DNA from: Camelus ferus | Lineage: Eukaryota | DNA: 64,000 nucleotides | Assembly: GCF_009834535.1 (NCBI RefSeq) | Contig: NC_045696.1 | Location: forward strand, 7,132,001-7,196,000 | Direction: 5' to 3' | Shown: positions 26,592 to 41,946 of the stretch, piece by piece | Numbering within the stretch: position 1 is the first letter of the stretch | Layout: every line of letters begins with the position of its first letter | Notes under the pieces: generated by a model | What the model saw: the letters and a program-made list of their open reading frames with translations, nothing else | The model's database searches: none | Told to the model about the DNA's origin: nothing | Made by a program: the position numbers and the translations under genes

Positions 26592-28170
26592 AAGTTAGGC
26601 AAGAAAAGGGAATAAAAGGCATCCAAATTGGAAATGAAGAAGTAAAATGGTCACTATTTGCAGATGACATGATATTATAAAGACTCCATCAAAAACCTGT
26701 TAGAACTAATAAATGAATTCAGTAAGGTTGCAGGGTATGAAATCAGTAATAGAAATTTGCTGCATTTCTGTACACTAATAAGGAAATATCAAAAAGAGAA
26801 ATAAAGAACACAATCCCATTTACAATGGCATCAAAAAGAATAAAATACCTAGAAATAAATTTAACCAAGGAAGTGAAAGACCTGTATATTGAAAACAAGA
26901 CACTAATAAAAGAAATAGAAGACAAAATAAATGGAAAGATAGTCCATGCTCACAGATGGCAAGAATCAATGTTGTTAAAATGTCCAAAGCAATCTACAGA
27001 TTCAATGCAATCCCTATGGCAAAATTCCAGTGGTCTTTTTCAAAAAAATAGAGAACAAATAATTCTAAAATTTGTAATCCACAAAAAAACCACTGAATAG
27101 CCAAAGCAATCTTGAGAAAGAACAACAAAGGTGGAAGCATCATGCTCTGTGATTTCAAACTATAATACAGAGCTGTAGTCACTAAAACAGTGTTGTATAG
27201 CATAAAAACAGACACATACATCTATGGAACAGAACAGAGAACCCAGAAATAAACCCACGCATATATGGTCAATTAACTTATGACAAAGGAACCAAGAATA
27301 TACAATGAAGAAAGGACAGTCTCTTCAACAAGCTGTGCTGGGAAAACTAGACAGCCATACAAAGGAATGAAACTCAACCACTATCTGGTATCAAACCCCA
27401 AAATTAACTCAAAATGGATTAAAGACTTGAACCTAAGACCTGAAATCATAAAACTCTTAGAAGAAAATATAGGTGGTAAGCTCTTTGACACAGGTCTTAG
27501 TGATGATTTTTTGAATCTGACACCAAAGCAAAAGCAACAAAAGCAAAAATAAACAAATGTGACTACATAATACTAAAATACTACTGCACAGCAAAGGAAC
27601 CAACAAAATGAAAAGGCAACCTACTGAATCAGAGAAAACATTTGTAAATCGTATCTCTGGTAAGGGGCCAGTATCCAAAATATATAAAGAGCTCATAAAA
27701 CTCAACTGCAAAAACCCAAACAACCCAACTGAAAAATGAGCAGATCTGAATAGACATATTTCAAAGAAGACATACAGATGGCCAACAGGTACAAGAAAAG
27801 ATGTTCAACACTATTAATTACCAGGCAAATGCAAATCAAAACCATGACAAGATATCCTCTCACACCTGTTAGAATGGCTATTATCAAAAAGACAACAAAG
27901 AACAAATGTTGGCAAGGATGTGGAGAAAAGGGACTCTCACTGTTGGTGGGATTATCAACTGGTGCAGCCACTGTGGAAAACAGTACGGGGGTTCATCAAA
28001 AAATTAAAAACAAAACGACCATATCCAGCAACCCTAGTTTTAGGTATTTATCTGAAGAAAACAAAAATACTATCTTCAAAAGATACATGTACCCCCATGT
28101 TCACTACAGCATTATTTACAATAGCCAAAACACGGAAACAACCTAAGCGTCCAATGAATGAATGGATAAA
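26592..28170 (+). mobile_element. 5'-truncated L1 (3' half of ORF2), antisense to DYRK1A
   Basis: ORF-track peptides [53 protein letters not shown] and [14 protein letters not shown]; many frameshifts. Confidence 0.95.
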
Positions 28171-28444
28171 CAGAACAATCCCAAACCCATGTGCAATCTG
28201 CATAATCTGTACAATGCTCATCTCTCCAACCTTTTCCTCCAGCCACCTGGGTTCCGACTATACAGGGTCTTCCTTCCATTCCTCTACCTGGTCAAAATCT
28301 TTCAAACGCCTCAGGGTATTTGTACTTACTGTTCCCTTCTGCCTAGAACGCTCTGATTTCTAATTTCTGCTTCGATGCTTCTTCCTCACCCTTTCAGTTC
28401 CAGAGTCTCCCCTCGTCACCATGGCTAATGCTGCCCCAGCTTCT

Positions 28445-28815
28445 GCAGCAGAGGCTACTAGCTGTCCTCAAAAAACATATTCTTCTTCCTGAGCACATGA
28501 CTGCACTCCATATACTAGTCTCCCCTGTACAAGACATGGCCATGTGACTGTTTTAGTCAAAGGAATATGAATGGAAGTCCCTATGTCATGGCCAGATCTG
28601 GCACCTAAAATACCTACCAAGTCCTTCGCCTGCTGGTGGCAGCAGACAACTAGGCCCTCGGGGACGAGCAGTCACAAGACGGTAGGGGAGAGCCACACCA
28701 CTAACCTGAATACCCATTCAGGACTATTACATAAAAAAGAGTACTTTTATTCCTTTAGCTACCATATTTTGGGGGTCTACTGATCTGTTATCAGTTGGGC
28801 CTACTTGAATTAATA
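28445..28815. mobile_element. MaLR/ERVL LTR remnant
   Basis: tggccatgtgactg...aaggaatatgaatggaagt and ttagctaccatattttgggggtc motifs. Confidence 0.5.
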
Positions 28816-29054
28816 TAGTCCACTCAACAAACAGCTCTATTACATTAGGTTTTGTTTATTTACTGTGTCACTGTAAGCGCTAGGAAGGCAAAGACCGTGT
28901 CTTTAGCACCAGTAGCTAGCACAGATCATTAAGTATTTACTCAATGAAGGTGGTCTCAGAATCAAAATTCCAGAAATACTATTGAATATAATCCAGTAGA
29001 AAAACAGAAAGGTCTCAGAAAACACTAATGGTTTTTAAATTATGAAGCTACTCA

Positions 29055-29211
29055 CAGGGAAATATATACACAATCTTGTGGTGGCTCACAGGGAAAGAGA
29101 ACGTGACAATGAATGTATGTATGTTCATGTATAACTGAAAAATTGTGCTCTACACTGGAATTTGACACAACATTGTAAAATGACTATAACTCAATTAAAA
29201 AAAGTTAAAAA
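29055..29211 (+). mobile_element. Short 5'-truncated L1 3' end with TSD
   Basis: L1 3' UTR ending caacattgtaaaatgactataactcaattaaaaaa; aaatta(a)tgaagctactca on both sides. Confidence 0.8.
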
Positions 29212-29279
29212 AAATTAATGAAGCTACTCAAAATTCATGCATAAGAAGAATGAACAAAATATAACTATACTCCGTCCAG

Positions 29280-29955
29280 TACCATTTTTCATTTCAGACT
29301 TCTCCAAAGGTGACCACACTGACTGTGTCTCCGAACTCTGTTACTGGGAAGCTAAACTGATAAAACTACATGGAGAGCAACCTGGCAACAGCTAACAAAA
29401 TGACAAACCACACTGTTCTTTGATCCAGCAACTTCATGTCCAGGAATTTTTATCACAGACAAACTGCATGTGTGGATGATTTATATATAGGGTTATTTAT
29501 TATGGCATTATTTGTGGTAGTAAAAAAAGACTGAAATAAGCTAAATGTCCATTTATAGACTACTGATATGACTTACAGAATATCTAAACAATGGAATACT
29601 GTGACTCAAAAAAACAAAAAGAATGAAAAAGCTCTCTATGTAATGATACAGAAAGATACATATACACATACATGTAAATTTTTTAAATATATATGTAACA
29701 TGTTAAAATAAAAAACCAGGTGTGAAACAGTATGCATGGTATGCTACCATTTGTGTACAAAGGTTAGATGAAGAATATATTTGTATTTGCTTGCATATGT
29801 ATAAAATATCTCAAAAAGGATACATAAAACTAGCAACATTAATTTAGAAATTGGGTGGCTAGAGGACACAGAAGGGAAGACTGTTCACTGAATCCTCTTT
29901 TATGTTTACTTTTAAACCATGTGAATGTATCAACTATTCAAAACTTAAATAAGAA
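29280..29955 (+). mobile_element. Old L1 3' fragment
   Basis: tttgatccagcaacttc...ggcattatttgtggtag...caatggaatactgtg. Confidence 0.65.
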
Positions 29956-32143
29956 AAGAGCTGAGGCAAATAAGGCACAACACTGACATCTGTTACACGT
30001 GGGGGGGGGGGGGGGGGCAGGTGGCTTGGGCTACTCCCAGGATGGTTTTTTGTGTGTTTGCAGCATTTACTGTATTTAGAGGGAGAAAGGGAAGAAGGAA
30101 GGAAGGTTGTTCTAGAGAATCAGGGAAAGCCTGGCAGTGATATTTAAGACCTGCAGGATACTCAGTAGTTACCAAGGCAAGGACAGAGGAAAGGAGCACT
30201 CCAGGCCGAGCGCAGACAACGGGAGAAACGTGAGAGAGAACACACATTTTATATTCCAAAAAGTGAAGAGCATCCAGTATGACCAGAGAGGAGGACGAGC
30301 GGCCTGCGGAGGGGCCGGACCGCCGGAGCAACGGTAACCTTCCTAAGGATTCTGAGTTCTTTTCAGTACAAGAGAAGGCCAAGAACTGGCTGAAAGCAGG
30401 GGATAGACATGGATCAGACTGCTTGACTGAACACTGACTTGGCTGCAGAGAAGAGAACGGGATAGACTGGTGAATGAAACTGGATGGTGGAGGACTAGTC
30501 AGAATAGTCTTTCTAATCAGATAAACTAGAGATGGTTGTCGCAAGGGGGTGAAGTGAGGTGGGGAGAATAAAAAAACACACAGGCTATTCAGAACGCATG
30601 CTCTCCACCCTCTGATTCGCTGCAGGCGTGAGGGAGAGAGGAGGCGCCGGGTGTAGGACCTGAGCAAAAGGGTGAGTTCAGGGCCATTTGCACCAAGAAC
30701 AGGTAAGGGCAGGAGGGCGGCGGTGGACGTGGAAATGACGGCAGCAGTTCATGGGCCGCATCTGCAGTGTCGTGTTGTGGAGCCTTTCAAAGCGATACTG
30801 ACAGTAAATGATTAGAAATAAAGGCATGAGGCTCAGCAGTGACATGTAGGGCAGAAATAAAGATGTAAGTGATGTACCTCAAGACGGTTGCTATGTCACT
30901 GGTTAGAGCTGTAAGGTGACCAGGAAGTGTGTCAGGTGAGGGAGAGGGACACAGGGCGGGAGGAGGAGGAGAATCCAGAAAGGAGACAGTGGGGGCGGGG
31001 TGGGACAGGGGACAAGTAAGACGGAGGAGAGTGCTTCGAAGAGCAGGGGCAAGCCAGTGTTGTCAATGTGAGTGAGGAACAGACCGAAGTGACCGTGTGC
31101 CCTCTGGGCACATCATGACAACCACTGGTGACACTTCAGGAGCAGCTCCCGGAGCCAGGAGGCAGCCCAGCTGGGGCGAGCTTAGGAGTTGGTAAGGGGG
31201 ACAAGACAGAACCCACGGGAAGCAGAAATGCGGGGCGAGAAAGACATGGGCCAGGGAAAGGTTTTGCTTCCGACGGGAGACCCAGGGACGAGCAGGGGCT
31301 GCAGACAAGGAGAGACATGGATGGGACAAACGGAGGCTGGTGACACACAGTTGAGGAGTCCCTTTCCTAAGACTGTTCCTTACACAGTGACGAGTGAGAG
31401 AGAACAGAGAAGGCAAGACCAAAGGTTTCTAAGAGAAGAAGGGTTTGAAACAATTATTAAAGAGAACGGGAGAGAGACGATGGCTGGAGAACCAGGAAAG
31501 CTTGCCCAGGAAGGCTGGTGACCGTGAGGAGGCAGCTGCACACGCAGATTTCTGCACCGGGGACGGGGGCTGGTGTTCATCAACTTCAGTTTTATTTCAC
31601 TCATCAAATAATATACTGGCCTCTTGTTATAAAACACCACTATGCAGTACTCAGCATGAATTAACTTACTATTTTACAAACGGTATTTAATGAATATTTT
31701 TACTACCACCATCTGCTTCACCCCTTAAAAATTTTACTTAATTAGATCTTCTTCAACAGATTTAAAAAACAAAAAACCTCCAAAACAAAAAACGAAACAA
31801 AACAACATGGAGGTGAGAATCAAACCACAATTCGGAATCAGATTCTGATCAAAGGTCACGGGAGGCAGAGAGTGCAGTAATTAAGATGAGCCTCAGGAAG
31901 TTACTTAGCCCATGAATTCTCAGTTCCCAACGTAACATGAAAATCCACACTGTGTGAGGCTCAAAATGCTGCCACAGTAAATGAATAAACACAGGGAAAA
32001 AACACTTGGAGCAATGGCTGGCATGTGCTCAATAAATGTGAGCTATTTCTAAACAAGGATGTGCTTCTTCAGTCATAAATAAATTAGAATGCCTTATAAA
32101 CGAGGAAGGTACGGCCCTGCAGAGTAAATGACACAATCATTCA

Positions 32144-32419
<276 letters not shown>

Positions 32420-32806
32420 TTAAAACTGGAACTGTGTCACCAAAACAATTTCTATTAACATGCAAGTATACCAGAAAGGCATCCAATTCTCTGCGGTCTT
32501 TCACATCAACCACTGAACTAAAATGTAACCAAGTTTGGTTACGTCGGGAAAACTCAAGCATGTAGACCAAGTATTTCCATTTTAAAAACAATTTAAAATG
32601 TTGGTTTTGTTCCCAAGCAGCATTTACTGACACATATAACTAAGTGTTGGAGGTTTGGGGGAGGCGACTTTTTTTTTTACTAGCCACAAAGAACAGATTT
32701 AGGAAAAACAGTTCTTCCCTACCCGTTAACAAACCTTAAAAACACTTTAAAATAACCCCTACTTTGTAAAGAAAAGGGTAAACATGTCAAAGCCTAATTA
32801 ATCTCA

Positions 32807-33124
<318 letters not shown>

Positions 33125-33349
33125 CTAAAAAGAAAGATGAAAAGACTTCCTTTAAATTTGATGGAACATGTGAAAGCCTACATAACATCAAATATGTTTA
33201 CATATGTGATATGTTGAGGTCGTTATTAAAAAGAATGCTTTATAGTTAAAGCCTCTGTATTCTCGCACATTACTATTCTGAATGCACAGTAGTTCGGAGA
33301 AATTCAAAGTAATTTTGAGACCAAAAATGACTATAAAGATCATCTAGCC

Positions 33350-33530
33350 CAGGGATCAGCAAACTACATCCCGGCCCAGATTCTGTTTTTATACAGCTTC
33401 AGCTATGAACTTTTTTTCATTTTTAAAGACTGTGAAAAACAAAGCCAAGCAACAATACGTAACAGAAGCCCATGAAGCCTAAAGCTTTACAACGGGGTCC
33501 TTTGCAAAGGCAGCGTGCCAGCCTCTGCCC
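33350..33530. mobile_element. MER58-like hAT MITE
   Basis: cagggatcagcaaactac...gaagcctaaagctttac...gcgtgccagcctctg. Confidence 0.7.
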
Positions 33531-33859
33531 CAGCCCGGGGGGGGGGAGGGGGGAGGGGGGGCGAACCTCTTTTCTGCCCGATGCACCTGTGAACTCAGGT
33601 GTACTTCCTCAGTAACCGCAGCTCATTAAAGCTGTGGGGATCACTCCTAATAAAGAATCCCAGGTCTAACTCTCCCTGCTCCTATTCAGATAAATCAAAA
33701 GCAAATTATTTATGCCTCCTTTTAGAAAATATGTTTAATAATAAATTGTCTTAACATGCACTGAGATTTTTTGGAAGCTCATTTCTCAACAAATAACAAT
33801 ATACTCTTTAAAATCCCTAAGACTACTGAATTTATTCAGAATAGTATCAGTGGACTTTT

Positions 33860-36800
33860 GTTTCTAAGAACAATATAGAAATTTGTAAGAGACCATTGCT
33901 CTTACTCTAAAAATCAAGAACAAGCCAGGCAGGCAAACCACAAAATCACTGCTTTGTAAAAACCCATCAGAGAGCTGAGGACTAAAGAAACCACAATTAA
34001 CTAAATTCTAGAAAATGAAAAGCCTTTCCTAGGAGAGAAGAGACTTATGGTGGGAGAAGAGCAAATGCCACAGATCTGATGGAGAATCCAGCCCAACTCC
34101 AAACCAACTTCTAACAGCTACGTGTGGCTAGGCTGAAGAATGGGACAGGCAGAGACCCAGAGAGGATCCCCCAGGGCTCTGCAAAGCTGGGGCCGGAGCA
34201 GCAGGCTGGGGACAGATGGCCCTGAAGCACAAGAAGTTAGGAATGGGCTGCTGGCTGGTCAACATGTATAAAAGATCGCTCCAGTCTCCACAAACACTGC
34301 TTAAAACCTATGAAAACAGTGGAGAATAGAATCTAAGTCAAACAAACAAAACAAACAAAGCCCAGATTCAGCTAAACTACAAAAGAAATCGACTCAGTCT
34401 CTTCACACTCGTGGCCTGGAGAGCGAGAGGCATGCCTCTTTCTACAGGGAACCAAGATTCACTTCCACCTCAACTGTTCTTAAAGACACAAAGTCCAGCA
34501 TACATTTAACTAATTACAGATATAAGAAACAGAGAAACAAAAACTGGGTCCATAATCAAGTGAAAAAAATAGTAGAAAACCCACATAAATAAATGACCCA
34601 AATGTTGAAATTGGCAGAAAGGCATTTAAAAATAACCATGATGAGAAGAATTTACTTCAAAAGGCAGATAACATGTGTGGACAGTTGGGGAATTTCAGAA
34701 GAGAAAATTAAAACTATTTTAAAAAAAAGGTAAATAAAAATGTGAAAATTTCAGAACTAAAAAATGCAGTATCAGAAATGAAGAATTCATTTAATGATTT
34801 TTAACAGCAGACTGGGTTCAGCAGAAGAAAAATAGTGAACTAGAAGACAGAGCACTAAGAATCATCCAACACCCCCTACAACTAAACAAACAAAAATTAA
34901 CCAAACACACAAAAGGAAAACAAAAGAAGTAAACCGAACAGAGACCTCTAATACTGAGCACTATAACATACATTTAATTGGAGAATTAGAAGAGAGAGTG
35001 AAACAGAACAAACATTTGAAAAGATAATGTCTGAGCATTAATTAAAAAAAAAAAACTGATGAAAGAGATCAACCCACAGATCTAACGAACTTAGCAAACT
35101 CCATGGAAAATAAATGTAAAGAAACCTATACAGAAGGACCTAATAGTCAAATTGCTGAAAACTCAAACATTAAAAAAAAAAAGAAAAAAAAAGAAAAATC
35201 TGCCAGGAAGAAGAGAAATATTTTATAAAGAGAACAATGCTTAGAAAAACCAATGACTTCTCTTTAGAAATAATGTAATACAGAAAAAAATACCATTAAC
35301 ATCTTTAAACAATGTTATACCATCATTTCTTTGGCCGAAATGTAAACCTAGAATTCTATATCCACTGAAATTTCCGTACCTATGGACAGTATCTTCCCCC
35401 AAATAAAGGCGAATAAACGTATTTTCAGACAAACAACTGGTGAGACAATTAATCAACAGAACTTGTTCACTGTAACACAAAAAGTTAAAGGAAGTTCTTC
35501 AGGCTGAAGGAACATAATACCAGATGGAAATCAGGAACTGCAGAAAGAAATGAAGAACTAACTATATGGGTAAAAAAGAAAGAACTTTTTATTATCTTTA
35601 TTTTTTATGTCTTTTTAAATCTCCTTAAAAAGTCCTTTTTAACTTAAGCAGCTGATGTGTCGTGAGGGTTATGACAAGCACTACACAATGATAAGTGTGG
35701 AAGGGTCAGATAACAGCACACAATTATTACATGGTTTATCAAGTGATATCCTGTTAAGGTCAACTGACAAGTTAAAATGCACATAATAAGCAACATTAAA
35801 AATTACACAAAGAGGAACAGCTAAAAAGGCAGTGAGAGAAGATGAAATAAAATATGAAAAAGTACTCAACTCAAAAAAGAAGTCAGGAAAGAAGGAACAG
35901 GGAACAAAGAACAGAGAAGAAAAACAGAACACAAATAAGACAACAGTCTAAAATCCAAACCTGTGAAATATTAAATGGGCCAAATAGTCATTGTGAAAGA
36001 AAGATACTGATTGGGTTAAAGCATGACTCCACTACAAGTTGTAGACAAGTCATACTTTATATATAAAAGTATGAACACATTTAAAGTAAAGGGTAGAAAA
36101 TATATACTATGAAAATGTTAAGAATTAGAAAGCTGGTACAGCTCTAGTAATATCAGACAGAGTAGACTTAAAGACAAACCATCAGTAGAGATAGAAACAC
36201 TTCATGGGGATAAAAGACTGAATTTATCACTAAGTCCTAATAATACTAAATGGGTATACCTATTAAGAGAGCTTCAAAAAACAAACAGCAACTAAGATAA
36301 GATTAAGTGAAACCCAGAATTATTACTGAAGATTATACACTCCTCTCAGTTATTGATAGAACAAATATACAAAGACACAACGTAAGAATGTAAAGAAAAA
36401 TATCAAACAACCTGAACTATATTGACATTTATAGACCACTACACCAAACAAATATAAGTGTTCATGAAACACACACCAAGACAGATTACACGCTATGTAT
36501 AAAACAAGTCTCAATGGATTTTAAAGGAGAAAAATCATGTTTTCTGACCACAATGCTACTACATTAGAAATCAGCAAAAATAAGATATCTTTAAAAATCC
36601 TTTGACTTTTGAAATTACATAACATTCTAAATAATGAGTCAATAAAAAAAATCACAAGAGAAATTCGAAACATTTCAAAATAAATGAGTGTTAAAACATA
36701 ACATATCAAAAGCTGTAGGATGCAGCTAAAGCAGTGCTTAGAGGGAAATCTATACCATTAAAAGCTATAGGAAAAGAAGAAAGTTTTTCCACATTCAGAA

Positions 36801-39728
36801 GCTTGAAAAAACCAAAGTCAACCTAAAGTAAGGAGAAAAAAGGAAATAACAGAGGGAAAATCAATGGGAAAGAAACTAGACTAAGAATATGAGAAAAATC
36901 AAAAGCCAGTAGTCTGAAAAGATCAATAAATTTACAAATTTGATAAACCCCAAGCGAGACTAACAGAGAAAAAAGGAAAGAAAACACAAATGACCAATAT
37001 CAGGAATAAAAGACAGACTATCACTACCAGATCCTCCAGAAATTAAAAAGACAATTACAAAGTATTATAGGTAATTTTATAACAAATCCAACAACCTAGA
37101 TGAGAAGGACAAGTTTCTTGAAATATGTAGCTACCCAAGTTGACTCAAAAATAGCTATATATTTATCAAAATATGTCAACTACAATCAATAAAGAACATT
37201 CCAGGTCATGATAAGTTCCACTAACTCCGTTAAACATTTACAAAAGAAATAATGCCTATTTTATACAAATTCTTTCAGAAAAATCAGGAAAGAATACTTC
37301 CCAATAGTTTTGAGAACAGCATAATCCTAAAATCAAAATTTAGTGAAAATATTACAAAATTTTAGACAACTATCCACTTAACTACAAAGAAACTAATCTC
37401 CTATCAACAGATTAGCAAACTGAACCCAGCAACATGTAACAGGATAGTATACCAAGAATAAGTCTGGCTTACCACAACATGAGCTGAAATTATTACAAAA
37501 ATTAATTAATGTACTTCACCACAAAACAGAAAAAAAATCGTATGACCAGTAGTAGAGTGCATGCTTAGCACGTACAGAGTCCTGGGTTCAATCCCCAGTA
37601 CCTCCATTATAAGCAAACAAACAGCTTCCAAATCATGTCTACAGATACATGAAAGGCCATGTGACACCATTTAAAACCCATTCATGATTTTAAAAAACAA
37701 ATTATAAAAACACCTCTCAAAATATTAAACATAAAAAAATCACTCCTTCAAGTTGATAGAGGGCTATGAAAAATACACAACTAAGTCACTGATGTTGAAT
37801 GACTTTTCTTTAAGGCTTAGTACAAGGAAAAATGTCTGTTCTCATCATTACTATTCAATATATGGAGATCCTAAGTCAGTATAACAAAATAAAAAGAAAT
37901 AAAGGCATACAGATTAAGAGAATGAAACTGTTCATTCATGAAGATGTAATTATTTAACTAAAGTCTGCAGAATCCCAAAAACAAACAAACAAAAAAACCC
38001 CTAGAACAAATAGGTAAATTTGGCAAGGTGTTAAGAAAGTCAATATACAAAAATCTACTGTATTTCTACATATTAGCAATGAAAAATTAGAAATGGTTTT
38101 TTAAAAATGACACTTAAAATACCCCCCAAATTAAAACCTTAGAAATAAATTGAACAAATTTAGTGCCAGACTTCTGCACTAAATGCTACAAAATGCTAAG
38201 AGAAATTTAAGACCTAAATAAATGGATAAACCATGTTCATAGATTAGAAGAGTCACTACTGTTAAGATGTCCATTCTCCTGAATGGAATCTCGGTGCAAT
38301 CCTAATCAAACTCCCAGCAGGACTTTATATACAAATTTATAAGCTGATTCTAAACTTTATTATGTAAATAGAAAGGACCTAGAGGGGGAAAAACCCAACA
38401 ATTTTGAAACAGACGAGAAGAGCTGGTGGACTTATACCACTTGAATTAGAGACCTACCACAAAGCTACAGTAATCAGCAATGTGGCACTGGTTCAAGGAC
38501 AGACAGACCAATGGAAACAGCAGAGTCCAAATAAAGATCATCACACAAAAGATTGATTGCTTTTGGATAAATGTGCCAAATCAGATCAACAACTTAGTGG
38601 TAAGCATGTGACAAAAATGAACTTCAACTCTTATATCCCCATCCCATACTCAAAAATTAATTCAAGATAGACCATGAACTCTGACCATAAAAGCTAGAAT
38701 CAAAACAAACAACCTTCAAAGGAGAGTATCTTCACCAACTTGAGGAAGGTAAAGATTGTTCATAAAAAAGGGTTGACAAATTTTATTTTGTCAACATTAA
38801 AATTTTCTGTTAATCAAAAACTACAACTAAGCAAATAAACGGGCAACTCACAGTCTAGGAAAAAATACTTGTCACATATATGTGACAAAGGCTTATATCC
38901 GTTATATGTTAAAAAAAAAAAAAAAAAACTCCTACAACTCAATAATTAAACATTCCTATAACACACAGGCAAAAGACTGGACAGACTGTCACAAAAGAAG
39001 ATATATGAATGGCTAATGAGCACAAGAAAAAGTGTCAGCATTATTAGTTGAGAAGCAATGCAAATGAAAACTGATATATACCCATTAGAACGGCTAAAAT
39101 AAAAAAAAAACATATCAAATGGTGAGGATGTAATACAACTGAGCACTCACATGTAGGGGCGATAAGATGATAAGACTTTGTGGGACTATTTGGCATTTTC
39201 TTGTGAAAGTAAACACACATAAACCCTAATGACCTGGTAACTCTACTTCTAAGTAGTGACCCCAGAAGAAGAAAAACCTGTGCACAAAAGATCTATAAAA
39301 AATGTTCCCAGTAGCCTTATTCATAATAGTCCTAAAATGGAAGCAACCCAAACCACCACTGACAGGTAAATATAGATAAATTATGGTATTTCCATTCAAA
39401 GAAATACTATGATGCAATTAAAAGGAATAACCTCTTAGACACACAACAATATGGATGAATCTTCAAAAACAATGTCTGTTAAGTGAACAAAACAAAATAA
39501 TAAATATTATAGATTCCGTTTACATGAATTTTACTTATGAGTAGTTAAAACTAACTTATAATTACAGAAATCAGAGAGAGTGTGGGATGACAGAAAAGGG
39601 TCACAAGAGAGGTGGTAGAAATAGTCTTTTAGGTAGTGGATACACTGCTGTATATAAAAGTTAAAACTCAACAAAGTGAACATTTAAAATATGCAAATCT
39701 TATTGTATATAAATTATACTTCAATAAA
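33860..39728 (+). mobile_element. Near full-length ancient L1 (~5.9 kb; 5' region, ORF1, ORF2, 3' UTR), antisense to DYRK1A
   Basis: Colinear ORF1-like (aacctagaattctatatcca, ggaagttcttcaggctgaagg), endonuclease-like, RT-like and 3' UTR (aaattatacttcaataaa) segments. A-rich + strand, no intact ORF. Confidence 0.88.
37546..37622 (+). mobile_element. SINE fragment nested in the L1
   Basis: gtagagtgcatgcttagcac...cctgggttcaatccccagtacctcca, same family as the SINE at 11603-11750. Confidence 0.8.
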
Positions 39729-41745
39729 ACAGCATCATTTGCAGTCTTAATTCTTCATCCTCCTTCCCCACCAAAGGAAAAAAATACATAGTAAATATGA
39801 ATTTCATTACTAGGAAGCAAAAATGGGCTCTTGAAACATAAAATGAGAAATTAAGAGTAAAAATAAAATCACTAAGGAAATAAACCACACAAACACACCC
39901 ACTGACAGTGCATGCACTTCTATTTATACTTATGGTTAGAACCCCTAGTGCATCTGTCATAATGTAATCATTTGGTTACAGATTTGATTTTTTTGTTGTT
40001 AAAAATTTATTTCTGTTTAAAGAGAAATAATTATTTTATACTTTTAAAAATTAATTTTAAGTCAGTTGCTAATTGCAGCTAAGGAAAATCTCATAAAATC
40101 TATAATTAGTATATATTAAATGTAGGTTAAGATACTTTCAATTTTAAGAAGTGAAAAGATATATCTACTGTTTTTTGAAATGCCCCCCAAAATAATTTAA
40201 AATAATAATTATTATAGCCCAATTTTGGAGAAATGATAGGTTACAGCCCATAGTTAACTGTGGTTTTTCTAAAGCAGAGATTAGGGAAATGGAATGAGAT
40301 GAATGTTTCATTTAGAAAAAGGGAAAAAATAACAGAAGTAGGCAAAAAACTTCAAATTGGAGAAAGAAGCAGTAGCCTGTATCACAGAGAGATAAAAACA
40401 TTAAAGAGGCCTCATATCCTCCATGCTAATTAAAATCAACTGGTAGGAGCTACTTCGAACGCTGGTGAAGCTAAGGATGAGTCCCAGGCTGTGCTCTGGT
40501 TCAGTGGGGAACGGGGCCATGACTGATAAGCTATGTGGACAAAGGAAAAGGACTCAGGATGTCTGCTTGGTATTTTCCATCCTTTCTTTATGTGGAGTAG
40601 GTGTAATTTAGCTGCCGGATATTGCACCGCCTAAAACTTTAGACAATAAGGCAGAATGCAGTAAGTTACAAATCAGCTGTGAAAGCTATAACATTTTTCT
40701 CTTTAATGTTCTAAAAAAAATTGATATTAAAAGTTAAGACTCCATAGCTGAAGGTGAAGTACAGCAAACAACATCACCTTCACTTCACTGGAAATGACCC
40801 CTGGTGGCAGCATCGCTAAAATGCAAGGGCAAAATAAAAACCAGTGAAAATGCAACCTCTTAAGTGCTAAAAATGCAGAACTACAATCACAGGGTGTCTG
40901 GTATATATATCACACACAATCATGTATTTATAGATTATATCCATCCTATACTAGAAATAAACTAGATTACAAAACACACGATTATTTTCAGATACATAAA
41001 ACGAGGTAAATCAAGATGTAAAATTGTCATTATTTACTCTTTTAAACTGACACAGTTTAGGTATCTGAAAATTACTAAAACAAATCTAACATTTTAAAAA
41101 CCTCACTTCCAAAGATTTTGGAGATGTGAGATTCCTGCTATCCATGTCATCAAGCTGGGAATCTGAAATCTATCAAAGGACCGTCCAGTCAGTTCATATT
41201 CTTGTCACAAACTGCTTGAGTCAAAAATCCTTTTCTCTCAACTTAAAAAAAAAAAAAAAAAGCCATTTACTGCAGTTATGACTTCTACTGTTCACAGCTG
41301 CACTACTGTGAACTGTGACTTCACTATACACCCAAACTATAAGACACAAAGGCCAAATCTACTGATTCTACCATTGAAACAAGGAAGGGCAATTTGATCA
41401 GCTGCCTCAAAAGGCAGGGACATATAGGTTTTTTCATTTTTTCAGTTTTATTAGGTAAAACTGTTTACAATTTGACTGCACATATACAGTATATTGCATG
41501 TGGATACATATACACTACATACTGCACATTTTTAAAATACATATATATACATATTTACATGTATATACATATATATACTGACATATAGCTTTCAAAATGA
41601 AGCCTTAAAGAGAACCCTGAGGATTAATCAAACACTGGTCTGTAACAGATACTTTAGGTCAAACTATAAAAAATACATATACTTACGTTACCAATGGGAC
41701 CAATTAAATATAACACAGATTTCAAGTAAATACAAAGTATGCTTA

Positions 41746-41946
<201 letters not shown>

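Noticed and set aside
29993..31560. 224-aa minus ORF and neighbouring ORFs
   Set aside because: Purine-rich degenerate intron, probably decayed L2; no recognisable protein.
40749..40782. 9-bp inverted repeat tgaaggtga/tcaccttca
   Set aside because: Too short to exceed chance in 64 kb.
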